DNA from: Chloroflexota bacterium
Lineage (GTDB): Bacteria > Chloroflexota > Dehalococcoidia > Lucifugimonadales > UBA3495
DNA: 64,000 bases
Assembly (NCBI GenBank): GCA_027623675.1
Contig: JAQBVF010000003.1
Span: 32,001-96,000, forward strand
Direction: 5' to 3'
The notes beneath the pieces were generated by a model. That model ran no database searches and was not told where the DNA came from. It was given only the letters and a program-made list of their open reading frames with translations. A program made the translations under genes and the position numbers. Below, in pieces: positions 9,616 to 20,064 of the stretch. The first letter of the stretch is position 1; each line of letters begins with the position of its first letter.

Positions 9616-10950
9616 CTAGCGGAACATCTTCATCATGGACATTGGGTTGCGGGACTTGGACATCTGCTTCATCAGCTTCTGGGTCTGCTTGAACTGGTTC
9701 AGCAGTTGGTTCACGTCCTGTGGGGTGGTGCCGCTGCCCCGCGAGATGCGGCGCCGGCGGCTGCCGTTGATGATCTCCGGACGCTGACGCTCTTGGGGAG
9801 TCATGGAGCGGATTATCGCTTCGATGCGTTCGATGCGGCCGTCGTCCAGGTCGCCCATATTCATCTTCTTGCTCATCTGGCCCATCCCCGGAATCATGTC
9901 CATCACCGAGGACAGCGAGCCCATCTTCTTCACGCTCTGGATCTGACCCAAGAAGTCTTCCAGGTCGAAATTGGCCTGGCGGAACTTCTTCTCCAGGGCG
10001 GCGGCCTGTTTGTCGTCCACCGCCTCCTGAGCCTTTTCGATCAGCGTCAGAACGTCGCCCATGTCCAGGATGCGCGAGGCCAGGCGGTCCGGGTGGAACA
10101 CCTCCAAGCCATCTGGACGCTCGCCCACGCCCATGAACTTGATGGGCACTCCGGTAACGCGGGTGATGGACAGAGCAGCGCCGCCGCGGGCATCGCCGTC
10201 CATCTTAGACATGATGAGCCCGGTGAGTTGGACGCGCTCGTGGAACCCCTCGGCGGCGTTAACCGCTTCCTGACCGGTCATGGCGTCCACGACCAGCAGC
10301 ACCTCGTGGGGGTTGGTCGCTTTCTTGACCTCCGCCAGTTCTTGCATCAGCTCTTCGTCGATCTGGATGCGCCCGCCGGTGTCGATGATCGCCCAGTTGA
10401 CGCCCAGTTGCTTGGCCTTCTCCAATCCGTTCCTGGCCACCTTGACCACGGTCGAGGATTTTGGGTCCTCTGAATAGACGGGAATGTCCAACTGCTTGCC
10501 CAGGGTTTCCAACTGCTGTATGGCGGCCGGGCGGCGCAGGTCGGCGGCGATGAGCAGCGATTTGTGGTTCTGACGGCGCAGGTTCAGTGCCAGCTTGGCG
10601 GCGGTGGTGGTTTTGCCCGAGCCCTGCAGGCCCACCAGCATGATGGTGGTCACCGGCTGGCTGGAGAGAGTTAACGAATGGTCGCCGCCGCTGAGCAGCG
10701 AGGTCAACTCCTCGTTCACGATCTTGACGACCTGTTGGCCGGGGGAAAGGCTTTCCAGAACGTCCGAGCCAGTGGCCCGTTCTTTGACCGCAGCGACGAA
10801 ATCCCTGGCGACCCGGAAGTTCACGTCGGCTTCAAGCAGAGACCGGCGGACCAGGCTCAGGGCTTCGTCCACGTCGGCATCGGTCAGCCGGCCCTTGCTG
10901 GACAGTTTGTTCAGGATCCCGGTCAACCGTTCGGTCAGGTTCTCAAACAT
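9616..10950 (-). CDS. ffh: Signal recognition particle protein Ffh
   Basis: LLEADV, GLQGSGKTT, DTGGR and KMDGDARGG motifs; Met-rich M domain with SRRRRISRGSG. Confidence 0.97.
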   Translation of the reverse strand: MFENLTERLTGILNKLSSKGRLTDADVDEALSLVRRSLLEADVNFRVARDFVAAVKERATGSDVLESLSPGQQVVKIVNEELTSLLSGGDHSLTLSSQPVTTIMLVGLQGSGKTTTAAKLALNLRRQNHKSLLIAADLRRPAAIQQLETLGKQLDIPVYSEDPKSSTVVKVARNGLEKAKQLGVNWAIIDTGGRIQIDEELMQELAEVKKATNPHEVLLVVDAMTGQEAVNAAEGFHERVQLTGLIMSKMDGDARGGAALSITRVTGVPIKFMGVGERPDGLEVFHPDRLASRILDMGDVLTLIEKAQEAVDDKQAAALEKKFRQANFDLEDFLGQIQSVKKMGSLSSVMDMIPGMGQMSKKMNMGDLDDGRIERIEAIIRSMTPQERQRPEIINGSRRRRISRGSGTTPQDVNQLLNQFKQTQKLMKQMSKSRNPMSMMKMFR

Positions 10951-11129
10951 ATCTCGCTCTTTTCGTGCTTGCGGGCCGCCCCGCTCTTGCGCCGTGTGGC
11001 TTCCATCAAGTGTATGGGCGCGCCTGCGGGACGGTCAAGGATGCCTGCTAAGCTGCTACATCGGTTCATGTTAAGATTCTAATGCTTATTATCGGGTATA
11101 TCGGGTAGGCCTTCCACCCCGGAGTGGTA

Positions 11130-11369
11130 ATGAAGACATACATTTTTCGCGTTGAATTGGAGCCTGATGCAGAAGGGTGGAGGGCGTTCTATCCTCCTCT
11201 AGAAGAATCTGGCGCGTCTACCTGGGGGGAAACCAAAGAATCGGCTCTGGAGCACATCCAAGAAGTTCTGGAGATGATTATCGAAGAGCGGATCGAAGCT
11301 AAACTTTCGATCCAAGAGGAAGATGATTCCTCGATGGCTGACGGACCGCTGGTGTCGGTCACCGTATGA
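11130..11369 (+). CDS. hicB: HicB-family antitoxin (short, no obvious DNA-binding domain)
   Basis: Y-x-F-x-VELE...A.YP.L...TWGETKESALEHIQE pattern; adjacent to a HicA-like gene. Confidence 0.8.
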   Translation: MKTYIFRVELEPDAEGWRAFYPPLEESGASTWGETKESALEHIQEVLEMIIEERIEAKLSIQEEDDSSMADGPLVSVTV

Positions 11370-11617
11370 GCAACATCGATTACTCCCGGTTACGTTCCCT
11401 CACTGCCAGACGTTTGGTACAAGCCCTTCTAGATGAAGGGTTTTTTCTTGTCCGGCAAAGGGGAAGTCATCGCCGTTATGCCAATTCTGATGGGCGCCGG
11501 GTGACTGTGCCATTCACCAGGTCCGGCGATACGTTTGCCCCTGGAACCCTGAGAAGCATGATTGAGACGCAAGCCCATTGGTCCGCGCAAGACCTTGAAA
11601 GATTGCGCCTGCTGTAG
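11366..11617 (+). CDS. hicA: HicA-family mRNA interferase toxin
   Basis: GF.LVRQRGSH...VTVP...GTLRSM motif; ATGA overlap with hicB. Confidence 0.85.
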   Translation: MSNIDYSRLRSLTARRLVQALLDEGFFLVRQRGSHRRYANSDGRRVTVPFTRSGDTFAPGTLRSMIETQAHWSAQDLERLRLL

Positions 11618-11638
11618 CCAAGATTGCCAGCCAACCCC

Positions 11639-12745
11639 CTACTCCCAGCGGAACAGCCGGAGGGCCACTAGGAAAGTCACCACGACCCAGGCGGTCAGAC
11701 CCAGAACGTCGGGCCACTGGGACCAGAGGGATTCTCCGTCGATCGCCACGCTGCGGATGGCGTCGACCAGGTAGCTTAGGGGCAGGTGGTCGGCGACCAG
11801 TTGTATCGATTTAGGCATGGCGTCCCTCGGGAAGAACACCCCGGAGAGGAACATCATCGGCAGTGCGATGATGTTGGCGATGGGGGCGGCCACGTCCTCG
11901 CTGCCGGCCCAGCCCGAAACCGCGAACCCCATGCTGACGAACACCCCGCCCCCCAACACGGCCAGCACTAGGACTGCCGACAGGTTGCCGACCAATTGCA
12001 CATCGAAGGCGATCACCGCCAGGCCGATCAGCACCAGGGTCTGGATGACGGACACGGTGAGCCGGGTGATCACCTGGGCGAACAGGAAGCTGGCTGGGTT
12101 CACCGGCGTGGCGAGCAGCCGTCTCAGGATCCCGCGGCTCTTCAGCTGGACGAAGGAGAAGGCCACACTGAACAGACCCATCTGCATGATGGACATGGCC
12201 ACCACGCCGGGCATGAGAAAGTCGATGAACCGAAGATTGCGGCTGTCCACCGGCTGGGCGTCGACCCGGTAGCGGACTTCCACCCCGGCATCGGCGAAGG
12301 TCATCTCGTCCAATATCTGCTGGATGATGGTCCGTCCCGACTGGGACTCTTGCTGGCGGCCCTGGTTGTAGATGACCGTCACTTCACGGTCGGCCTGGGA
12401 ACGCGAGTCGTCGAATCCTGGCTCGATGATCAGCACCAGGTTGCGGTCGCCTTCCAGAAGCGCCTGCCGTTCATCGGCCTCGGTCCCTGTGTCGGATATG
12501 TCGAAGGCGCCCAAGCCCTGGATATCGCCGACCAGCTTGCGGGACGCTTCGTTGTTGGCCTTGTCGACCACGCCCAGGTCGACGGAGCTGAACGCGCCCA
12601 CGTCCAGCAATCCAAAGATGGAGATGAGCACCAGGGGCAGAAAGAATGTCCAGAAGATCGCCTGCCGGTCCCGGAACCACATCCTCATGGAGGCGCGGGT
12701 CATGCTTAGGGTTGGGTTGGTCTGAATCAGGCGGTTCAGCATCAT
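11639..12745 (-). CDS. ABC-2 type transporter permease
   Basis: Multiple TM segments; GILRRLLATP and FLSGVFFP motifs. Confidence 0.9.
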   Translation of the reverse strand: MMLNRLIQTNPTLSMTRASMRMWFRDRQAIFWTFFLPLVLISIFGLLDVGAFSSVDLGVVDKANNEASRKLVGDIQGLGAFDISDTGTEADERQALLEGDRNLVLIIEPGFDDSRSQADREVTVIYNQGRQQESQSGRTIIQQILDEMTFADAGVEVRYRVDAQPVDSRNLRFIDFLMPGVVAMSIMQMGLFSVAFSFVQLKSRGILRRLLATPVNPASFLFAQVITRLTVSVIQTLVLIGLAVIAFDVQLVGNLSAVLVLAVLGGGVFVSMGFAVSGWAGSEDVAAPIANIIALPMMFLSGVFFPRDAMPKSIQLVADHLPLSYLVDAIRSVAIDGESLWSQWPDVLGLTAWVVVTFLVALRLFRWE

Positions 12746-13551
12746 TGGCCGTCCGTTTCTGGGCCGGCGTCTCGCAGCGCCCTTCCGGTCAGGTCCAAGA
12801 ACACGTCTTCCAGGGTCGCCAGCCTTTCTGACCGCGGCCGCTCAAACCCTTTCGCGAGCAGGGCATCAACCAGTGTGTCCGGCCGGTCCAGAGCGGCGAT
12901 CTTGCCGTGGTCCATGATTGCCACTCGGTCGCATAGCTCTTCGGCCTCCTCCATGTAGTGGGTGGTCAGGAGCACGGTGCGGCCCTCGTCCTTGAAGCGT
13001 TTCACCAGGTCCCACATATGGTGGCGCGCCTGGGGGTCCAGGCCGGTTGTTGGTTCGTCAAGGAACAGCACCAATGGATCGTTCACCAGGGTGGTCGCGA
13101 CGGAGAAACGCTGCTTCTGGCCGCCGGACAATTCTTTGAACAGGGCTTTGGCCCGATCGGCAAGCTGCACCTGGCGCAGGAACTCCATGGCGTCGATCTG
13201 GCGCCGGTAGATGCTGGCGAACACGTCCAGTATCTCCACCAGGTTCAGACGGTCGAAGAAAGATGATGATTGCAACTGGATACCGATGATCTCCTTCACC
13301 GCCTGGGGGTGCTTCTGAACATCGACCCCGTTGATCAGGGCCGAGCCCGAATCGGATGACCGCATCCCCTCCAGTATCTCCACGGTGGTCGTTTTCCCGG
13401 CCCCGTTGGGACCCAGGATGCCGAACACCTCGCCGGTTGCCACGGAGAATGAGACGCCGTCCACGGCTACGATGTCGCCGTAGCTCTTGCGCAGGTTGTT
13501 AACCTGGATGATGTCGCCGTGGTGATTTTCGCTGGTGGTCGTTTCAGTCAA
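12742..13551 (-). CDS. ABC transporter ATP-binding protein
   Basis: GPNGAGKTT, LSGGQ, FLDEPTTGLD and TTHY motifs. Confidence 0.93.
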   Translation of the reverse strand: MTETTTSENHHGDIIQVNNLRKSYGDIVAVDGVSFSVATGEVFGILGPNGAGKTTTVEILEGMRSSDSGSALINGVDVQKHPQAVKEIIGIQLQSSSFFDRLNLVEILDVFASIYRRQIDAMEFLRQVQLADRAKALFKELSGGQKQRFSVATTLVNDPLVLFLDEPTTGLDPQARHHMWDLVKRFKDEGRTVLLTTHYMEEAEELCDRVAIMDHGKIAALDRPDTLVDALLAKGFERPRSERLATLEDVFLDLTGRALRDAGPETDGQ

Positions 13552-13745
13552 ATTTGTCCGGCCGATCTAGGCCCCTCTTACTTTGGTGATTCGGCGGCTG
13601 TGCTAGAATTATTTACGCTCCGGACCCGGTAAACCTGGGCTGGAAGCAGCCTCAAAGTGCGGTGGAGGTGACAGGTGGCCTGCGGCTTATTAGGTGTTCA
13701 CCACCGGTCAGGTTATCATCACCGGACCGGCTCGAGGCCCTCACC

Positions 13746-16343
13746 ATGATACCCCTCAGGCTCACTCTCAGTAACTTCCTGTGCTACCGGGAAGGCGTCC
13801 CCACCCTCGATTTCGCCGGGATCCACGTGGCCTGCCTCAGCGGCGCCAACGGGCACGGTAAATCGGCCCTTCTGGACAGTATCACCTGGGCGCTGTGGGG
13901 CAAAGCCCGTGGCAAGGTCCAAGACGAGATGATCGCCTACGGCGCGGACGAGTGCCGGGTTGAATTGGATTTTTCCTCCCGAGACCAAGAATACCGCGTG
14001 ATCCGGTCGCACGCCCGGGCCGGAAAACGGCGGCGGGGCGGCGCGTCCGATCTACAACTCATGATCCTGGAGCCGGGAGCTGATGGACAGGCGCTCCGGC
14101 CCATCACCGGCGACCTGATCCGCGAGACACAGGCCCGCATCGACCAAACTATTGGCATGGACTATGACACGTTCATAAACTCGGCCTTTCTGGTGCAGGG
14201 CCGGGCCGACGAATTCACCAACAAAACCCCGGCGGAACGCAAGGCCGTACTCAGCAAGATACTTGGCCTGGAGACCTACGACAGGCTACAGGTGCGCGCC
14301 AGGGAGGGCGGCAGTTGGGCCGAGAATACCGCCAAGATCGCCGAGGGCAACGTGGAGCGGATGCGGCGGGAGTTGGAACTGCTGCTGGCGCCGTTGGAGG
14401 AGCTTGAGGCTCTCGAAAAGAGCCTGGCGTCCATGAACCAGGAGTTGGCGGAACAGCAGGTGAAAACCGCCGCCCTGCGAGACCAGGTTGGGGAGCTGCG
14501 CCGGCAGCAAGCCGCCCAGGAAGAGAGCGCGGCGCGGCTGCAGGCCCTGGCCGCCGAGTTGGCCCAGTTTGAGGCAGCCCACGCCGCTTCCCAACAGCAG
14601 GTGACGGCATTCGAGAAGCTGGCCGAACAAGCCCCGGTGATCCGAGAGGGCGCCGCCCGATTGGAAACCGCCCGCGCCGCTTTCGCCCGGCTCGAAGCCG
14701 CCGGCCGCAATTTCGACGAGCTGGAACGCCTGCGGACGGCCACCGCCAGGGATATCGAAGTCAAGCGGACCCGCCTTGAATCCCAGGCGCAGCAACTTGC
14801 CACCGAGATCGAGCAGCGCATCGGCCCCAAAGCCCAGGCCCTAGACCAGCTTGAAGCCGCACTGAGGCAGTTGCAGGACGAGGGTCCGGCGCTGGAAGAA
14901 CAGGAGCTGAGCCTGGCGGCGGAGCGGGCTCGGCTCAACGGCATCGCGGTCCTGGTGGGGCAACTGCAAGGCTCATTGGCGCGGTTCGCCAACGAGGGCA
15001 AGGAATTGGCCAACAAGAGGGCTCTGTTGGACGGCGCCAACGGCCAGGAGGCGGTGTGCCCTCTGTGCCAGACCCCCCTCAGTGAAGACGGCTGCCAGCG
15101 GTTGGCCGAGACGTTTGATGCGGACATCGAAGCTAAACGCGAGGAGTACCGCACCACCTCAGCCCAGGTCAACGCCCTGAAAGCGGAGACTGCCGAGTCG
15201 GAGGTCCGCCTGCCTCAGCGAGAAAGCGTGTTGAAACAGGCCCAGACCAACCGCCAGGTGGGTCTCCACCGCCTAAACCAGCAGATCGAGGAAGCGCAGC
15301 AGGCGCGGCTGGAACTGGCCGATGCAACTCCCAGATTGGATGCCATGCGCGCATCGCTGGCGGACGGTTCCTTCGCCGCCGAAGAATCGGTCCAACTTCA
15401 AAAGCTGGAAGCCCAGATCCAGGAACTGGATTACGACCCGGCGGTGCGCCAGCGCGTCTACCGAGAGACCGTCGAATTGGAAGAGTTCGGCCAGCGGGAG
15501 AGCCGGTTGAAACAGGCCGAGGCAGACCTGCCGGGCGCGAGGGAGACGGTCCAACGATACGCCGTGATGGCCCAGCGCCGCCGGGAGGAACTGGAGCAGC
15601 TTCAGGCGCGCCTGGCCGAGTCCAAGCGAGCCTTGGAAGGACTGGCCGTTCTTGAGCGCGGCTTCACCGAGGCCGAACAACGGGAGCGGGAACTGGGAGT
15701 GGGCATCAAGCGTTCCACCGAGCGTCAGGGCGCATTGCGCAATCAGGTGGAGCGCCGGGAATCGCTGGGTCAGGAGATCAGGACCGAATCGGCCCGGCTC
15801 GCGGCGCTGCGGGACGAGCAGTCCATCTACCAGGAGCTGAACACCGCGTTCGGCCGGCAGGGAGTCCAGGCCATGCTGATTGAGACCGTGGTGCCCCGGC
15901 TGGAGGATGAGACCAATGTGCTGCTGGGGCGCATGACCGACAACCGCATGAATGTGAAGCTGGAGACGCAGCGGGAACGCGCGTCGGGGCACGGCGAACC
16001 CAGGGAGACTCTAGAGATCTTGGTTAGCGACGAACTGGGCCCGCGCAGCTATGAGATGTACAGCGGAGGCGAGGCCTTCCGGGTGAACCTGGCCCTGCGC
16101 ATCGCCCTTTCCAGGGTGCTGGCCCAGCGGATGGGCGCACCCCTGCCGACCCTGTTCATCGACGAGGGCTTTGGCACCCAGGACGCCGTGGGCCGAGAGC
16201 GCATACTGGACGTCATCAGCGCCATCGGCGACGACTTCGAGAAGGTGATCGTAATAACCCACCTGGAGGACCTGAAAGAAGCGTTCCCGGTGAGCATCGA
16301 GGTCCGGAAAGATGAGAATGGCTCCACGATTTCGCTCAGTTAG
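13746..16343 (+). CDS. sbcC: SbcC/Rad50-like SMC-family ATPase
   Basis: Walker A GANGHGKS, Q-loop, long coiled coil with CPLC zinc hook, YSGGE, FIDEGFG and ITH. Confidence 0.88.
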   Translation: MIPLRLTLSNFLCYREGVPTLDFAGIHVACLSGANGHGKSALLDSITWALWGKARGKVQDEMIAYGADECRVELDFSSRDQEYRVIRSHARAGKRRRGGASDLQLMILEPGADGQALRPITGDLIRETQARIDQTIGMDYDTFINSAFLVQGRADEFTNKTPAERKAVLSKILGLETYDRLQVRAREGGSWAENTAKIAEGNVERMRRELELLLAPLEELEALEKSLASMNQELAEQQVKTAALRDQVGELRRQQAAQEESAARLQALAAELAQFEAAHAASQQQVTAFEKLAEQAPVIREGAARLETARAAFARLEAAGRNFDELERLRTATARDIEVKRTRLESQAQQLATEIEQRIGPKAQALDQLEAALRQLQDEGPALEEQELSLAAERARLNGIAVLVGQLQGSLARFANEGKELANKRALLDGANGQEAVCPLCQTPLSEDGCQRLAETFDADIEAKREEYRTTSAQVNALKAETAESEVRLPQRESVLKQAQTNRQVGLHRLNQQIEEAQQARLELADATPRLDAMRASLADGSFAAEESVQLQKLEAQIQELDYDPAVRQRVYRETVELEEFGQRESRLKQAEADLPGARETVQRYAVMAQRRREELEQLQARLAESKRALEGLAVLERGFTEAEQRERELGVGIKRSTERQGALRNQVERRESLGQEIRTESARLAALRDEQSIYQELNTAFGRQGVQAMLIETVVPRLEDETNVLLGRMTDNRMNVKLETQRERASGHGEPRETLEILVSDELGPRSYEMYSGGEAFRVNLALRIALSRVLAQRMGAPLPTLFIDEGFGTQDAVGRERILDVISAIGDDFEKVIVITHLEDLKEAFPVSIEVRKDENGSTISLS

Positions 16344-16382
16344 GCCGAAACGGTGGGGTTGGGGCAGAACACGGAGGGATGA

Positions 16383-16874
16383 TTGACTTCCAATCCAGGA
16401 AACGAGGTACAAGTCAGGCAGGCCACGATCGTCCATCTGGACGCCATAGTGGACTTCAACGCCGCCATGGCCAGGGAGACCGAGGGCAAAATTCTGGACA
16501 TTGACCTGCTTCGGCCCGGCGTCGAGGCGGTGCTAACCCGGAACGATCGGGGTTTCTACCTGATCGCCGAGCACTCTGGCCGTCCGGCGGGTTCCCTGCT
16601 GATCACCTACGAGTGGAGCGACTGGCGGAACGCCTTTTTCTGGTGGATACAGAGCGTCTACGTTAGCCCTGAATTTCGGCGCAACGGGGTCTATAAAGCA
16701 ATGCACCTCTACGCCGCGCTGGAAGGCCGCCGCCACGATATCTGCGGTCTGCGGCTTTACGTGGACAAGGACAATGAGATCGCCCAGAGGGTCTACTCCA
16801 GCCTGAATATGCGCCCGACCAACTACGACATGTACGAGATCGAATTCAACACGCGCCGCGACTTAAAGGAGTGA
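16383..16874 (+). CDS. GNAT family N-acetyltransferase
   Basis: YEWSDWRN, IQSVYV..EFRRNG and N..AQ..Y motifs. Confidence 0.88.
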   Translation: MTSNPGNEVQVRQATIVHLDAIVDFNAAMARETEGKILDIDLLRPGVEAVLTRNDRGFYLIAEHSGRPAGSLLITYEWSDWRNAFFWWIQSVYVSPEFRRNGVYKAMHLYAALEGRRHDICGLRLYVDKDNEIAQRVYSSLNMRPTNYDMYEIEFNTRRDLKE

Positions 16875-16877
16875 GAG

Positions 16878-17297
16878 ATGCTGCCGGATAACGTCAAGAA
16901 GTTCGCCACCGCCAACCATCAGGGAGTTTTGACCTGTTTCCGGAGGTACGGCATGCCCCAGGTCAGCATCGTCACCTGCGGGGCCTACGGCGACGGCGTG
17001 GCCTTCTCCACCACCGCCGACCGCGCCAAGCTGGGCAACCTGAAACGCGACCCGCGCTGCGCGCTGCTGGTGTCCAAGCGGGACTGGTGGGGTTACGTGG
17101 TGCTGGAGGGACGGGCCAGGATCCTATCCCCTGGGAACACTCCCGCCGATGAACTGCGCCTGGCCCTGCGCGACGTGTACCGCGCCGCCACCAACCAGGA
17201 ACACCCCAACTGGGAGGAATATGACCAAGCGATGGTTGACGACCGCCGCGCGGCGGTCATCGTGGTCCCCGATCACATCTACGGGACCGCAGTGTAG
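16878..17297 (+). CDS. PPOX-class F420-dependent oxidoreductase
   Basis: G.PQVS.V, RAKLGNLKRDPR, YVVLEG and terminal R..V.V.P...YG. Confidence 0.85.
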   Translation: MLPDNVKKFATANHQGVLTCFRRYGMPQVSIVTCGAYGDGVAFSTTADRAKLGNLKRDPRCALLVSKRDWWGYVVLEGRARILSPGNTPADELRLALRDVYRAATNQEHPNWEEYDQAMVDDRRAAVIVVPDHIYGTAV

Positions 17298-17864
17298 GTG
17301 AACACCGGCGGGTCTCCAACGTGGCTCTCCCATTGCATCGTTTTTATCGTCTCCGCGGCCCTGGCTGTTGCCACTTTTGCGGTGGTCCACGAATCGGGGC
17401 ATTTCCTCGTGTATTGGTCTGCGGGCGTAGACCCGTCGTTCCAATGGCTTAATGTCCTGGCCAAGAAAACGCCGTCCGACGGCGTTCAGCTCACCGCATT
17501 ATCCATGGGCCTGCTTTTCCAGTTGATTCCCGGCGCCGCCGCGCTTCTATACCTGGTCAAGAAGAACGCCGGCAGCACGATAGCTTTGGGAGTGCTTTTC
17601 GCTTCTTGGCTGTTCCGTTCCTTACCGGCTTCGATAACTTTGGCGTTCACCGATACCGGCGATGAACGGGCCATCCAGGCGATATTGGCCGAAGAATATA
17701 CGGTGGGAATAGCTTGGACGGTTGCGGTCTTGTTGGCCCTGGTTCCCGTCGTGATGTTTGTTGCTGTTCAGTTGAAACGGGGCAAACTGGCCGTCGGCTC
17801 GGAATGGTGGAATCCAGGCGTGTTGGGGGCGTTCATCGGAATCGGTGTCGCGATTAGCATCTAA
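17298..17864 (+). CDS. Membrane protein with HExxH (possible M50-like zinc metalloprotease)
   Basis: Hydrophobic helices and VVHESGH. Confidence 0.45.
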   Translation: MNTGGSPTWLSHCIVFIVSAALAVATFAVVHESGHFLVYWSAGVDPSFQWLNVLAKKTPSDGVQLTALSMGLLFQLIPGAAALLYLVKKNAGSTIALGVLFASWLFRSLPASITLAFTDTGDERAIQAILAEEYTVGIAWTVAVLLALVPVVMFVAVQLKRGKLAVGSEWWNPGVLGAFIGIGVAISI

Positions 17865-18147
17865 GATTACCTGAGGCACTTTACTCTCTAATTCGGTCGT
17901 TACTACTGGATATCTCCGATGCTCTGGTTCGTTCGTGGTGAGGTCCGACCGGATTCGAGAGACTTACCGGTGCACGGGGAGACTTGTACGACCTCTGGTC
18001 ACGGCTCAGGTCCGCATCGTTTTGGGTCTGACGGAAGAAGAGACAGGTCCGGGCGGTCTATAATGGCCATAGAAACCAACCAGAATCGACTGGACCGCAC
18101 CACAGTAAGAAATGCCGAGAACAGGGAAGGTAAGAGGGAAGGTAAGC

Positions 18148-18417
18148 ATGAGTGTCTTTTGGAGAGAGGTTAAAAGGGGCCAGAACCTGGTCGTTGACGA
18201 TGTCGACGGGCGCGAAGAGATCATCGGCGGGTACCGCGAGAATAAGAGCGGCGTCGACGCCTACGCCCGGACCATGGGCTATGAACCAGAGCGCTCGCAG
18301 AAGGGTTTCTCCAGCGTTGAAGTCGCAAAATCGTTCGTGGAATCCTTCAGCCCGTGGGACCTCTTTGGCGTTCGAGACGTTACGGTGGAATCCGAAGCAA
18401 GACCAAAACTAGACTGA
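18148..18417 (+). CDS. Hypothetical protein (89 aa)
   Basis: ATG after a purine-rich GGAAGG; coding-like composition. Confidence 0.6.
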   Translation: MSVFWREVKRGQNLVVDDVDGREEIIGGYRENKSGVDAYARTMGYEPERSQKGFSSVEVAKSFVESFSPWDLFGVRDVTVESEARPKLD

Positions 18418-18446
18418 ACTCGCCATAGACAGCTTAAGGAGCGTAT

Positions 18447-18962
18447 ATGTCACGCCTCCCACCCGATTTTGAACCCAGGGTCCCTTCCGAGATGCAAGGC
18501 ATCTACGAGCGGGCAACCGGGGCAGGTTCAGGTTTGCCGGACACCTACAAGGCCCTATTCGCCAAGCCTCCGGTGGCGACCGGACTGGCCGGTCTGGGTG
18601 ATCTGGTCGGCCAACTCGATCTTGAGCCTTGGGTGACCTTAACCGTGGCCCTGACCGTCGCCCACGAGCGGAATAACGAAGCCCTGTGGAACTCATTTGA
18701 GCCGATGGCCCGTGAGGCCGGGGTTAGCGACGCGGTGATCAAGGGCATCGCTGCCGGTACCGGGCCGCGCGGGTTGCTGCCCAAGGAGGGCATCTGGGTG
18801 CACTTCGCCACGGAGGTGCTGCGGGACCAGATGCGGGACTCGACCTGGCAGGCCACCACCCACCTGGTGGGCGACGACGGCGCCGTCTCTCTGGCGTTCA
18901 CCGCCTGCTACTTCGATACGATGGCGCGCCTGAATAAGACGCTGGGTCTGGGGACCGCTTAG
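18447..18962 (+). CDS. Carboxymuconolactone decarboxylase/AhpD-like protein
   Basis: AAGGAG RBS. MSRLP start, AREAGVSD..I and helical C-terminus typical of the CMD-like family; canonical His/Cys residues not evident. Confidence 0.55.
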   Translation: MSRLPPDFEPRVPSEMQGIYERATGAGSGLPDTYKALFAKPPVATGLAGLGDLVGQLDLEPWVTLTVALTVAHERNNEALWNSFEPMAREAGVSDAVIKGIAAGTGPRGLLPKEGIWVHFATEVLRDQMRDSTWQATTHLVGDDGAVSLAFTACYFDTMARLNKTLGLGTA

Positions 18963-19100
18963 GGCGGGATGACCACCTGGTGCTAGTCACCCTAGATTCG
19001 CTCGTACCGAGAGGTGCCTGGGCGATTTTGGGTTTGACGCTGGGCAGGGACCCAACCTCCTACCGCAGAAGTCTGGTTATTGGCTGCGAGTCCGCCGAAG

Positions 19101-19925
19101 TTACACCTGGCATTTGGGGCAGAAATAAGTGCCGCGCGCCCGGACCCTGATGGCGGCCATGTTGGTCTGGCAGTTGGGGCATTCTGCTTTTTCGTCGCGG
19201 GGATGGCTCCAGGTGGTCAGGGCCGTCGGAGCGTTCGGCCAGAGCTGGTCGCGGGCCCGGTCGTAAACGCCGTAGGCCGCGGTGAGGGCGTCGATGATTG
19301 ACTGACGCAGCCGGGCCAGTTCGCCGGTGGACAGTCCCGACGCGGGCCGCTCCGGATGGATGCCGGCCAGGAACAGGGATTCGTCGGCATACAGGTTCCC
19401 AAGCCCGCAGGCAACGGACTGTTCCAGCAGCAGCGCCTTCACCGGGGTCTTTCTGCCGTGGAATGACTCCGCCAGCGTCTCCACGGTGAAATCGTCATCG
19501 AAAGGCTCCGGGCTCATGGCGGGCAGCACCTCGTCTGGTGAGTCCACCAGCCACAGCTTGCCGAACTTGCGTCCGTCCTCAAATCGTAGTTCCCGGCCAT
19601 CGTTTAGGGGGAACGAGTGCCGGACCATCGGATGGGGCTTCTGCGATTGAGGCTGGATGTATAGTCTGCCGGTCATGCCCAGATGCACGATGAATGTGCC
19701 TGGACCGGCGCCAGAGGGCTGCGGAGACAGCGGGAAGATCAGGTATTTGCCCCGGCGTTGAATATCCTGAATCGTGCGGCCCTTGATTCCCCCGGCTAGC
19801 TCCGCCGCCGACGGCTTCTTGACCGTATTGGCCCAGGTGATGTCAGCGCCGGTGATAGTCGCTCCCAGGAATCCAGACCGGACCAGGTTGCGGCGCGTGT
19901 TCTCCACCTCGGGCAGTTCAGGCAT
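19101..19925 (-). CDS. mutM: Formamidopyrimidine-DNA glycosylase
   Basis: MPELPEVE, RRGKYL, HLGMTG, GLGNLYADE and C-terminal CPNC...CPKCQ zinc finger. Confidence 0.95.
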   Translation of the reverse strand: MPELPEVENTRRNLVRSGFLGATITGADITWANTVKKPSAAELAGGIKGRTIQDIQRRGKYLIFPLSPQPSGAGPGTFIVHLGMTGRLYIQPQSQKPHPMVRHSFPLNDGRELRFEDGRKFGKLWLVDSPDEVLPAMSPEPFDDDFTVETLAESFHGRKTPVKALLLEQSVACGLGNLYADESLFLAGIHPERPASGLSTGELARLRQSIIDALTAAYGVYDRARDQLWPNAPTALTTWSHPRDEKAECPNCQTNMAAIRVRARGTYFCPKCQV

Positions 19926-20064
19926 CAGGCAGGGCCTCCGGACTCTGTTTGGATTGAGTAGGGCTTGAGAAGGGCGCTTGACCAGAGATTGGAAATACCA
20001 TTCTATACGGTGATACTCTCTACGACGAGTGAAACGAAACACCAGCCGGGATAAGGGTGACCTC

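Noticed and set aside
13615..13665. GGAAGCAGCC motif suggesting SRP (4.5S) RNA near ffh
   Set aside because: The preceding CAGG-stem-GNRA part of domain IV is missing and I could not build the long SRP helix.
18415..18446. Other TGA stops as possible Sec codons (e.g. 18415-18417, 56657-56659)
   Set aside because: No Cys/redox-motif context and no convincing coding continuation.
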